The notes under the pieces: model-generated
Seen by the model: the letters and a program-made list of their open reading frames with translations, nothing else
Told to the model about the DNA's origin: nothing
Databases searched by the model: none
From: Camelus dromedarius
Taxonomy: Eukaryota
Direction of reading: 5' to 3'
Length of the DNA stretch: 64,000 nucleotides
NCBI RefSeq assembly: GCF_036321535.1
Contig: NC_087444.1
Span: 36,208,001-36,272,000, forward strand
Program-made: the position numbers and the translations under genes
In this document: one piece after another, positions 1-10,608 of the stretch
How the letters are laid out: the number at the start of each line of letters is the position of its first letter
Position numbering within the stretch: position 1 is the first letter of the stretch

Positions 1-49
1 ACTCCATGGATCCCGTGGTTGGATTGGCACGCCCGCAGAAGACTTTCAT
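1..49 (-). CDS. PRMT7: PRMT7 first coding exon, partial (continues beyond left edge): MKVFCGRANPTTGSME
   Basis: Reverse complement reads gcaccATG AAA GTC TTC TGC GGG CGT GCC AAT CCA ACC ACG GGA TCC ATG GAG, matching the PRMT7 N-terminus (MKIFCSRANPTTGSVEW in human as recalled). Polypyrimidine tract and first AG acceptor at ~134-135. Confidence 0.93.
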   Translation of the reverse strand, partial: MKVFCGRANPTTGSME

Positions 50-2439
50 GGTGCCAATCAGCTCCTCAGTTTTAGCATAGAAAAGCAGCCTTGCCCGGCT
101 CACTTCTTGTGGACAAGTCTTATCATCACAAATCTATTCAAATCATAACGCCCAAAAATGTGGAGGAAAAAGAAATTTTAAGACAAGGGGAAGAAAAGAG
201 GGGAAAAAAAATCAAGAAATAGACAAAAATGTCAGTGCCATTGAAAATATTTGTTAATGAGTATTTTAATCTTTCCAGCAAGAGTTACTTGGTTTTGTAT
301 TCAGCATTTAACATCAAAAACTATTAAGACAAAGACAAAGAAAAAAACAGAAAAAAAAAAACCCAAACAATTATTAAGACAAAAATTCAGAAAGCTATCT
401 AGAAGCTTTAGGAGTCCTCAGTGATTCCAACAGCGTCCAAAGAGCCTCACAGGTACATCTGAGTGCAGCCTTAGGTGAAGGAAGGTGAGAAAGGAAATAA
501 AGCAGAGGAAAGGGCTAAAAGGAAAGGAGAACAAAAAAGAAGTTACAGTGATCGTAAAGGAGTGCCATCAATAGTGCCTCAGAATATTAAACACTTGAGG
601 AAAAATACAAAGATACAGCAATCAAACCAACTAGGAAAACCTTCATCCAAACAATAAATCACAGCTATATGCATCATTGAGGATAATCCCAGGAACATAA
701 TGTTGAACCAATAAAGAAGCAAATCACAGAATATATATCATTGTATTTATAATTATGCAACATAGGACAATATACTCTTCAGGGATCACACTAAAAAGCG
801 TAGCAAGGAATGGGACAGTGGCTACCTCTCAATAGGGAAGGGAAAACGATGGAATCAACGAGGGTCTTACATGGCACTGCAAAAGTAACAGCATTGATTT
901 TTTTCTAAAACTGGGTGGTGAGAATACAGGTGTTCATGATACTGTCATTCTTTATGCCTCACTACTTTTAACTATGATTACTTATCTACTCAATATTCAA
1001 TTTTAAAAGCAATTTTTAAAAACCTTCCTTCATCTAAAAACAAATGTGCTTCAAATAAATAAAATGTCACTAGATTCATGTCTCATATGGCCTATTTCCC
1101 CGAAGAGATCTATTTCCAAGAGGCAACCCCCACAGCTCAAAGTCTGAAGGTACCTCTCAGCAGACATGGCCTGTCACAGTGCCCTCCCTCTTACCATTCA
1201 GAAAACAGCAAGTGTTCCACACTCCCCATCACTTCTTGATTGACACTGATCCATTTTCAGGAAATCTTAGTAAGAATGGCTCCTCCACAGGTCTCTAAAC
1301 ATTCCTAAGGCATTTTATTGGCCAGAGTTACTGATTTTACTTGGAAGTTACCTGAACTAAATAAACAATGAATTCTTATACTAGAGGAAGGAGAACAATC
1401 TTTTCTGAAAAGATTCAGGCAGTCATTGGCCTGGTTCAAAGTAGTCAATTTGTCCTTCAGTAAAACTTCTAACTCTACTTCAGCATATCTACTCTCTAAT
1501 CTAGTGGCTCTCAAGCTTTCTGACAACCCCAGTAAGAAAAATACTTTACCTTGAGATAGGACACACACAAGTACATACAACTTGAAGTTTCACAAAACAA
1601 TGTTTAGCCTTCCTATGGGCAAGGCCCTCTGATACAGTCTATTTAATTTTTATTTTTTATGCTGGTAATGATCCACTAACTTGATTTCGTAACTTACCAA
1701 TGGGTTGCAACCTATAGTTTGAAAAGCACTGCTAGAATCAGCTCTGCACAGCTCATACACTAATATTTATTATTAAAGACAGAGTATCTAGAACTACCAG
1801 AATCTGTAATGTGCTTTAGAAAACCATGTGCAACAAATGCTACAGTAGAAATGACCACGTCTAACTGAATGTTCAGGAAAAGTTTAAAATATGGGTAGGA
1901 TTTAAGTGGGCAAGGAGAGGGAGAAAGCACTTCACCAGATGAGAAAGGCTAGACATTCACGCACAGTGAATAAGTCAGTTTAGCTGATGTGAAACTGAAC
2001 AAGGATTCAAACACGTTGGAGGAGTCCACATTGTGGCGGGTCCCGAAACTCTTATCCTGTGGTCCATGTAGAATCAACCATGAAGTCACTTAAAGGTTAA
2101 GAGTATAGTAAAGAACTCTAACCTGTGGAATTCCCTTTTCATCTGTGATGCTGCCAAGGCTGTATCTAGGACCACAATGCCTTTTCAGAACTGTAGAGAA
2201 GTCAGTGGTTTCACATGAACCTAAATAAATGCTAAAGGACAGAACACTACACATCTATGGATAAATCTTCTCACCTATGATTATGATTTGTTGTCTCCCA
2301 GAAGGAACCCACACTCTGGATTCAGGATACACTAACCTCCTCCTCATTCTCCAAAAGCTGTCATTTACCAGCAAGGAATGGAAATCACCATGCCAAGCCC
2401 TAATTGCACTACTAACCATATTTCAGAGCAGATGTCTGA

Positions 2440-2720
2440 TTCATTCATTCAAAACTGATTTGGCACCTTCTGTATGTCAGGCACTGTTTTAGGACTGGAA
2501 GACTACCATAAATAAGACAGAAGAGGTCCATGTCCTCCAAGAATTTATAGACCATAATGGGAGAAAGAAAGAGTAAATAGAAACAATTCCAGAATACCTG
2601 AGAGCAAGAATGGAAACATACAGGGTACTATTAAAGAGAATAACAAAGTTATGGAGAGACTCTTCGGAGAAGACAGCATTTAAATTAAAGCCTGCTTGAT
2701 AAGCCAGGTTAATGGATGTG
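2440..2720 (-). mobile_element. L2 3'-end fragment
   Basis: TTCATTCATTCAA...GTATGTCAGGCACTGTTTTAGG signature. Confidence 0.6.
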
Positions 2721-3429
2721 GAAGTGCAGTGCTCACATTTCAGGAATCCTTACCCCAACTTTTCCAAGAAAAGGACGTAAGGTGTAACGGACTAAGCGCA
2801 TAGTGACAAAAGCCTGAGTTACTGAAGCACTCTGAGCAGAAGAAAAGGTGGGAGATTAGGGCTGGACTTCTGCAAATCACACTGTGCTATGTTAGCTTTC
2901 GGGTTTTGTTCTAGATGCACTAGGTTAAAACGTTTTAAGCAAAAGACTATCTGCATTGGGTGTACCCTTTTATGGGGCCGCTCTGACCATGGTGGAGTAA
3001 ACAGACCGGTTTCCAACTACTCAGAACACACTGACTGGGAAACACCATTGAATCAGAGAACCGTGGCCCAGCTGGAGAGCGATAGCTGGAGGTCGGTATG
3101 ATTGCGATGCGGGTCTCTGTCGCTGAGGGGAGCCGCCAGGTACTCAGTACCCGTGGAGGTGCTCAGACACAGGCCCAGTTAGCAACAATCACCTGACTAG
3201 ATGGCAGAGCGGGGTACCGCCTGGAACCCCGCTCTCCCGCCAGCCTGGGCGCTCTAAGTCGCCCCATGCAGACTCTAGAAGTCCCTCAAGAGTTCCGAAG
3301 AGACGTGTACCCCGGCGTCCGAGTACGTCCATACCAGACCCCTCCACCGAGGCCTTGGGCTGAGGACATGCTGGCTGCACCTGGGCCTCCAACCGCAACC
3401 CCACCTTCCCAACCTGCCCAGCGCCTCAC

Positions 3430-3500
3430 CCGTCGTGGGTATCCCTCCATTCACTTCCGCCGCCGCCATCTTGCCGCGGCAGGCACGCAAGAGAGGGACT
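3430..3500 (-). other. PRMT7: Probable PRMT7 non-coding first exon (5' end approximate)
   Basis: Donor ACGG|GTGAGG (GT at 3429-3428) inside the CpG island, next to YY1 and ETS motifs, head-to-head with SLC7A6OS. TSS not determinable from sequence. Confidence 0.6.
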
Positions 3501-3603
3501 TCCCTGCGCGCGCTGAGCGTGTCGGGGGCGGGACCCAGAAGCGGAACTGGAAGTTTCTTCCGTCGCACCTCGCGCGTTCCCACAGTGCTCCTCGACAGCC
3601 GCT

Positions 3604-3798
3604 ATGGATACTCGCGGGGCCGCTGTGGTCCGCGTGAAGAGAAAGCGCAGCGCGGAGCCCGCTGAGGCGCTCGTCCTCGCTTGTAAACGCCTCCGCTCCA
3701 GCGCAGATGAGTCGGGAACCCAGGAGACACCCCTAGAGGGTCTGGAGAGAGCAGCGGAAAACAATGTCTTCCAGTTGGTGGCTACTGTGCGCTCCCAG
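3604..3798 (+). CDS. SLC7A6OS: SLC7A6OS coding exon 1 ([16 protein letters not shown]...VATVRSQ)
   Basis: ATG 3604, donor CAG|GTATTG, 195 nt. Confidence 0.93.
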
Positions 3799-6700
3799 GT
3801 ATTGGGCCGGGAGGGAGCCGATGTAAAGGGGATCTTAGGGCGCAGCTGGAGTGCAGTCTTATCCTTGACCCCCTTCACGAACCCCTGGTTCTCCTCTCCC
3901 AGGAGGAGCCCGTCCAGCCGCTTGTGCGGGCTGCTCTGCGCCCGTCCCTGGGCAGCCAGCAACGTATCCGCCATAATCTCCGCGCGTCGGCTCGGGAGTT
4001 CCAGCAGGAGGGTCGCTACAGGGTGGTTTCCAGCCGCCGATCCTCGGGGATTCCTTCTGGCGGCTTGGAGTCCGAGGACGCACCGAGAAACCCAGAGGCT
4101 GCCGTGGATGCAGGCTTCCAGTTATTGGACCTGGTACACGAGGAAGGAGACCCAGAGCCCGCCGCCGCGGTCTCCTACAAAGTGAGTACACGCCCTGAGT
4201 CGAGCGCTGGGCTTCTCCGGACAGACAGTGCGCAAAGTCTGCACAGAGTTAGAGAGGATTGACATGGCTTCGCTTTACAGATGGATGATTCATCCAGCTT
4301 GATAATCTCGTTTTACAGGTTAGGTTATCCACTCAAGTACTTACTCAGCGCCTGCTGTATGCCAGACATTGTTCTTAAATTCTGTGGCTACAGCAGTGAG
4401 GACCTAACATTCAGAGAAGAGAAACATTAAATTCAATGCCGGATGGTGATAGGGGATGTAAGGGGGAGGGGGAGTTAAAGCTTTCAGTGTCACTTTCACT
4501 TGAGTGAAAGTTCGAAGGAGGTGAGTGGCAGAGCACTAGGGGTATCCTGGGGAGAAGGATTCCAGACCAAGGACATGTAAGTGCAGAAGCCCTGAAGCCC
4601 AGTTTGGTGTTTTCTAGGTCAGTGTGCCTGGAGCCCAATGAGATGGGGGGGATAGTAAGGAATTTGGGAAGAAGATGCTTGTTAGACACTTTCAAGTAGG
4701 TACTTGCAAGGACACACTGCCTTTCACCCTGAGATGAAATCACTCGGGGTTTTGAGCAAGGTAAAGATAAAGGAGATGGAAAAACTCATTAAAGGGAGTT
4801 TAAAGCACTAGTCCTGAGTAGCATACCAAATTTGAGGCAGATTTAGGACTAGAATGCAAGTCTTCTCACATTTAATTCATTGTTACTTTCTACTAGTTAC
4901 ATTTAGTAAGTTTTTTACCTCACTTCCAAAAAACAAAGTAAGATGAAATAGAAAATTCTCAACCTAAAATATGCTCCATCTTGATAAACATTTTTCAGAT
5001 GTTACTGCTTCTAATAGTTTTTGAAGTTTAAAAAAATGAAATTTTTATTCAAAATATATCAAGCAAAAAATATCTAATCATGGTGCTAGTATACCTGGAC
5101 AATAATTTGGGCATGATGTCCATAGCCACCTCTTTTACCAAAACTAATTACAGACTGCTTCATGAGTTACACATTTTTAAAGTAACCAGTGTTCAGTAGA
5201 ATCAACTCAATTAAATAACTCAATAATTCATACAAGAAAAACTAGTAGATAAGCTAGAAAGGATATAAGGACAAATTTTCCCAACAATGCAATACAAACT
5301 GCAAACGCATCAAAAATGTTTATACAGATTAATTATAAAAAACATAAATTTTAGCTGAAAGCAAACGAGGTTTTATGTCTACTAGGCTCTCAGGAAAAAG
5401 GTTGTTGATAGCACTGCTGGCAAGGCTATGATGAAAATTGTACATGATTGTAGTGCTTAAAATTGATGGAAGCCTTTGGGAAAACAGCAGGGCTTTATAG
5501 TAATATTAGGAACCCTAAAAATAGATTGAGGACTATTTTTAAACTTTTGTTGTTTGGACTCTAAAGCCATCCAGAAATCTAAAGAAACTTTAAAATTAGA
5601 GAGAGCGTTTTTATGCCACATTACATTGAGCTTCTTAAGTTGACATCTAAGTTTTTAAACAAAGTACTATTTGATAAGAAACCTGAAAAATTACAGTGGA
5701 AAAGTTCAGTTCATCTTATGCAGTAATCTCACCCCCAGGATTTATCCTATGGAAATAATTAAACAGAAGCAAACAGCTACGGTATTAAGAAAAGCTACTG
5801 CCGATTTACTAAGTTTTTAAGATTTACCTGTCAAATACTGTGCTAGGTACTTGTTATATTTTCTATTACTTTTAGCTCATTTTATCCTCATAAAAACCCT
5901 ATGAGGTAGGTACTTTTATCCCCATTTTTTAAATACAAGAAATAACACATTCATTGCAGTGTTGTATATGGTGGCTAAAAATTATGTCTGAGAAATTGAC
6001 ACGTACAACTGTTTGGACCATTAAATTGATAACCATGAAGACTGGCATGATGGGAAAATACATATGTTTAACAGTAGAAAATGCTATATGTAGCATAGTT
6101 GAAAATATAGGTAAGCATGCACATAGACTTAAAAACAGTTTTTCTTTTATGAAAATTATATGTTCATTATAGGAGATTTGAAAAAATACAGCAAAATAAA
6201 AAATAAAGGGGGAAAAAAGTACCCATATTACCCCCATCCCAAAGATAACTGGAATTAGATTGGTTTATTTCCTTCTGAGTGTAAAATTCTATGTCTAGTG
6301 TTTTTCTGTATTGCTAGTCTTTTTAAATATTTTAATGGCTGAATAATTTTTTGAAATGAGTGTTGGGGGCTTATGAGTTGGAGCCAGAACTTTTCTTGTA
6401 AACAGCTTTGAAGTTGGTCAGGAGTCTTCACAAAAACTGACATCTCTAGTTCCTTTTGACTTTGGAGCAAGGAATTAATTCCCTTAGCCTGTGAGTAATG
6501 AGAACATTTGGTCTTTTATTTGCCTTGACCATTAGACACCCCTCCTACATATGAATGGTGTCTGATTTGAGCTGCACAGCTTCCCAGTGATGAACCTGTC
6601 AAGAGGAGTAACTTGTAGCATGTCCCTCTGGTTTCCACATTGGCCTGTGCTACCCTGGTTAATACAGCCTCTTGCCATTGGAGTAAATCACACCTGGGCA

Positions 6701-9650
6701 AGTTCTATTCTGGAGCAATACATCTCAAACTTTTGTACCAGAAAAAGGATTATAGGGAAGTTCACTCCTGGTTTGTGATGAAAGCAGGATGTCAGTGTCG
6801 GCAAGCCAGGTGGTAGGTGATGGCTGGCAGTAGTCACCAAGGTCCAGGAATCACCCTTTGGCCTCTATAGGAGGCCACACACAATGCAGACCTGTTTGGG
6901 GGTCAACTATAAAGGTGCTGCTGTAGGCCTGTGGATTCCCGAGGGGAGAACATCATACCAAAGGAACTCAGAAAAGACCTGCAGAAGCAGAGCTGGGATA
7001 CTCTGGGAGACTCTTCCCCCAGTCCTCAAGCCAGTTTTCTCATGTGCTCTCTTGTGTCAGCCAAGCACCAAAGAGCAGGAGACTATCTTGTAGGCTCCCA
7101 TTGTAAAAGAATACTATACTTAGTATTCTTAGTACTACACTTAGTTTTATAGACTTGATTTTTTAAATTTCATAGCTGAGAAGAGACTAGTAGGCCATGG
7201 AGTTAAGAATCTTGGATTCAACATAGAGAACTATAGGGAGGTTCCCTTCACCCAGCTTAGGTTCATTCTCTTGGAACACCCATGTTTTAGGTTATGCATA
7301 TATCATCTTCTCTTCTCTTTACAGACATGTGATCCAGATGTGATCCTCTGCAATTCTGTAGAGTTGATCCGTGAGCGGTTAACTATATCTGAAGAAGGAG
7401 CAGTAGTCGGGCACCAGGAGGAACAGAAGGACGACTATGTGTATGACATTTACTATTTGGACAAGGCCACTCCAGGATGGATTGAGAATATCCTCTCCGT
7501 GCAGCCTTACAGCCAGGAGTGGGAGTTGGTAAGGAGGCCCATGAGAAAAGGGGGCATGAGGCAGCCTAAATTCATTTTATACAGTTGGCCCTCTGTATCT
7601 GCAGCTTCCATGGGCTCCACATCTGCAGATTCAACAAACCACAGGTGGAAAATATCTGGGGGGGATTCCAGAAAGTTCCAAAAAGCAAAAATTGAATATG
7701 CTGCACACTGGCAACTATTTACATAGTATTTACATGGTATTAGATACTACACATAATCTAGAGATGATTTAAAGTATGGGATACCTGTGATATGCATAGC
7801 TTATATGCAGATACTGAGCCATTTTGTGTAAGGGACTTGAGCATCTGCAGATTTTGGTATCCTCAGGGGGGTCCTGGAGTCATGGAATCAGTCTCCCATG
7901 GATATTGAAGGATACTGTATGTACCTACCCTCAGGAAGGAAAAATGTACGAGGGCAACATGAATGAGAACAAAAGTTTGGTTTTTTTTTTAATTGTATCT
8001 TAAAAGGTGGAAAACCTTGAATTAAGATAGCTAACACCCTGACGTTATTCTTAAATTCTAAAATGATTAATGAGAAAAGTTAAGGTGGTACCTGTCATAC
8101 TCTTATTGAGAGAGAAGCATCTATCCCACACCTGCACTATAAGCATGGTCTTACAGTCAGGTACCCACCTGGGGCCATTGCATGGCCCCCCTCCTGCCTT
8201 TCTGCATCCTTCACACTTAGGTTTTGGTTCCAACCTTTGGTATCCCCTGTAATCCATGTAATCCCTCTCCTACCTGGCTGCCCTTCAGAAGTTTGAAGAT
8301 CACTGTCATCACCTGCTCAGAGCTATGTCTCCTCCCCACCCTGGTGTGTTCCCTTCTGGTGGAGTTCAAACTATCCGGTCAGGAATGTGATTCCTGGAGC
8401 TGGACTCTGAATAGAGTAAGGCTATTATGTCCCTCTCATAGCCTAAGGTTACTATAGCCTCTAGCAAACTTAACTCCTAGGTTTTCACTTTTTCACACAG
8501 CACCCTTAAATGCCATCTCTCCAAATCAGTCTGTTAATAGCTTCCCCCAGAGCATAACCTTAGAGGTTTTGACTTATACTCATGTTTATGTTGAGATGTG
8601 CAGGTGAATGATGACCAGCAACCAGAGGACATTTATGAAGATGAAGATGATGAGAACAGTGAGAATAACTGGCGGAATGAGTATCCAGAGGAGGAGAACA
8701 GTGACGAAGATGAAGATTCCAGAGGTAGGTAGCAGCCCTGGATGGGGAGGGACTGGTGGGATCTAGGACTGAGGTGTGAGCACAGTTGACAGGTATAGCT
8801 TTACTGGCTTTCCTTCTCTACCATTTGAGCTTCACCATCTCAAACACAAACTGTTGCAGCTGTAGGAGATACAAGGACCACTGTTTCCAGGGGGGCTGCT
8901 GGAGGTATAATGTCAGTCAGACCTGGGTTCAAATCCTTTGTTCTGTTATTGCCTAGCAATTATCCCTTTCCCTTATGCTTTGAATAAAGTGTTGTAGAGA
9001 TTTGCCAGTAGGAGTAGACCCAGGGTTTTCACAGATCTAGGAATTGCTGTATTTACAGGTGTTTTAAGAAAGGTACAACACAAACATGGTATCAGGGAGA
9101 AAAGGAAGGATGCTCTGGCATCACAGTTCCTACAATATCTTGGTGTTTGATAATGGAGCAACAGTTAATCAGACTATGAAATATTCTATTGGGGAAATGC
9201 TATAATACGTTAAAAGGAAAAAGGCAAGGTACAGAATTATACTTACAATACAACTGTTACAACCAAAAAAAATCCTGTACTTAGGGGAGAAATGACAAAA
9301 CCCTCCAATGTTAAAGAACTTAGTGTACACAGTAGGAATTTTATTGCTTTTTAAAAAAAAATGTTCTATATTCTGAATTTTATTTATTGAGCAAGTATTT
9401 TATAATAATAGGGACCAAAAAAACCAAAAACAAAAACAGGCTTTTGGGAAGGGAAAAGGCTCTTGTGGTCATCTAGAAAACCATACAATTAAGGGCCTAT
9501 TCCTGTTATCTCATTCTAGGCTCTGATGAATACAGCAGCCTCAGTGAAGAAGAAAGAGACCACAGTAGACCACAGATATGGAGCAAATACCCTCTGGATG
9601 TGCAGAAGGAGTTTGGCTATGACAGCCCCCATGACCTGAATTCAGACTGA
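3604..9650 (+). CDS. SLC7A6OS: SLC7A6OS (Iwr1 homologue, probable RNA polymerase II nuclear import factor), join(3604..3798,3903..4181,7325..7528,8604..8724,9520..9650), 930 nt, 309 aa
   Basis: All introns GT-AG and phases consistent. Basic N-terminal VRVKRKR, Iwr1-type DYVYDIYY motif, acidic [19 protein letters not shown] tail, stop TGA 9648-9650. Confidence 0.95.
3903..4181 (+). CDS. SLC7A6OS: SLC7A6OS coding exon 2 (EEPVQPL...AAAVSYK)
   Basis: Acceptor ctctcccag|GAG, donor AAA|GTGAGT, 279 nt. Confidence 0.93.
4325..4770 (-). mobile_element. L2 fragment
   Basis: ACTCAAGTACTTACTCAGCGCCTGCTGTATGCCAGACATTGTTCT signature. Confidence 0.6.
7325..7528 (+). CDS. SLC7A6OS: SLC7A6OS coding exon 3 ([10 protein letters not shown]...DYVYDIYY...SQEWEL)
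   Basis: Acceptor ctctttacag|ACA, donor TTG|GTAAGG, 204 nt. Confidence 0.95.
7582..7917. mobile_element. TcMar-Tigger (MER2-group) non-autonomous DNA transposon
   Basis: TA|CAGTTGGCCCTC ... GAAGGATACTG|TA degenerate TIRs with TA TSD. Confidence 0.75.
8604..8724 (+). CDS. SLC7A6OS: SLC7A6OS coding exon 4 ([31 protein letters not shown]...)
   Basis: Acceptor gtgcag|GTG, donor AGAG|GTAGGT, 121 nt. Absent from the ORF track, read by hand. Confidence 0.93.
9520..9650 (+). CDS. SLC7A6OS: SLC7A6OS coding exon 5 (GSDEYSS...HDLNSD*)
   Basis: Acceptor attctag|GC, phase matches exon 4, stop TGA 9648-9650. Confidence 0.92.
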
Positions 9651-10308
9651 TGATCCTGTGATATCCATGAGGTTCTACCACAAGCCCCTGAGGGTTTTGT
9701 GAGTGCAGTGTCAGCCACCCTAGTAACATCCCCTCAGGTTCCCTAGTTTAACATGTGGAAGGAAAAAGCATACCCAAAAGCACTGTTCCACCATGGTGAA
9801 AACTTGCGCTAAAGGAGTGCATCTTTTCTACTAACTGTAGGGCCCCTTTGTTTTGATCAAAAGTGACTCTACAGTTGGGGATGGGGAGTGGAGGGAATGC
9901 TGTGAAAATGCAGCTCACTCACCCAAGCATTTTCCTGGCATTCCCATTCTCCTACCGGTAAGTGGAAGAGCTCCCCATTTTATCAGCACAGAGCCTTGGC
10001 TTTCCCAGGCCATGTGCTTCTAGTAAGAGCCTATTTCTTTTGGTAGAGGGAATGCAGAAGGGTTACAGTGGGTCCCTTGTAGCAGCACAGACTGAATGGT
10101 AATGGCCATTAAGAAAGGAAATAGAATCTGCTGCCTTTAAAATCTGAGTATCTTACATGTTTTCCTACTACCCTTCCTCTGCACCTCCCTGCTCCTTCTT
10201 CCCACTGCCGGGGGGTGGGAGGTGGTTAGTAAGTTTCAGACACTAAAGACTTAAGGCGACTGAGGAAAAGCAAAGCACATTCTAAACTTGGCTGTCCATT
10301 GAGAAATG

Positions 10309-10314
10309 TTTATT
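10309..10314 (-). terminator. AATAAA poly(A) signal on - strand, candidate SLC7A6 3' end
   Basis: TTTATT on +; on the - strand it is followed by U-rich TGTGCTTTGCTTTT (10267-10280). Other candidates at 10443, 11667, 9340 and 9379. Confidence 0.5.
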
Positions 10315-10330
10315 CACAGTACTCACCAAA

Positions 10331-10336
10331 AATAAA
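10331..10336 (+). terminator. AATAAA poly(A) signal, probable SLC7A6OS 3' end
   Basis: Canonical hexamer about 680 nt after the stop, with GU-rich GTTTTGTT about 20 nt downstream. Confidence 0.6.
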
Positions 10337-10472
10337 CTGTCATCAATGGGATCAGTTTTGTTACCAGCACTGGTATCTCTTATAAGCAAACTGTCTCTAC
10401 CCCTTTCCAAAGCACAAATGCTTAACGCTGACTGAGTTGGTATTTATTCTACAGTGACGAATATGTTCTGTA

Positions 10473-10608
10473 TGTGCACTGTGCAGTAGTAGCCATTTAG
10501 CCACATACGGCTTTTGAGCACTTTGATTGGTACAACTGAGGAAGTGAATTTAAATTTTAACTTAAATAGCTACATATGGCTAGTAGCTACCATATTGGAC
10601 AGTGCGGG
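10473..10608. mobile_element. MER3-like hAT-Charlie MITE in the SLC7A6 3'UTR
   Basis: GTAGCCATTTAGCCACAT...ATGGCTAGTAGCTACCATATTGGACAGTGC, internal palindromic structure. Confidence 0.7.

Larger units (their letters stand above)
3100..4230. promoter_or_regulatory. CpG island / bidirectional promoter PRMT7-SLC7A6OS
   Basis: High CpG density. ETS/GABP motif CACTTCCG 3452-3459, YY1 motif CGCCATCTTG 3464-3473, further GGAA/TTCC cores 3541-3563. Divergent genes start within about 200 bp. Confidence 0.85.

Noticed and set aside
2275-2435. Possible PRMT7 non-coding exon 2
   Set aside because: An acceptor at 2435 and donors at 2369 or 2275 are possible, but the acceptor lacks a pyrimidine tract and abuts an L2 remnant. 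Not supportable without transcript data.
3266-3974. Overlapping ORFs across the PRMT7/SLC7A6OS promoter
   Set aside because: Explained by CpG-island composition and antisense overlap with SLC7A6OS exon 1.
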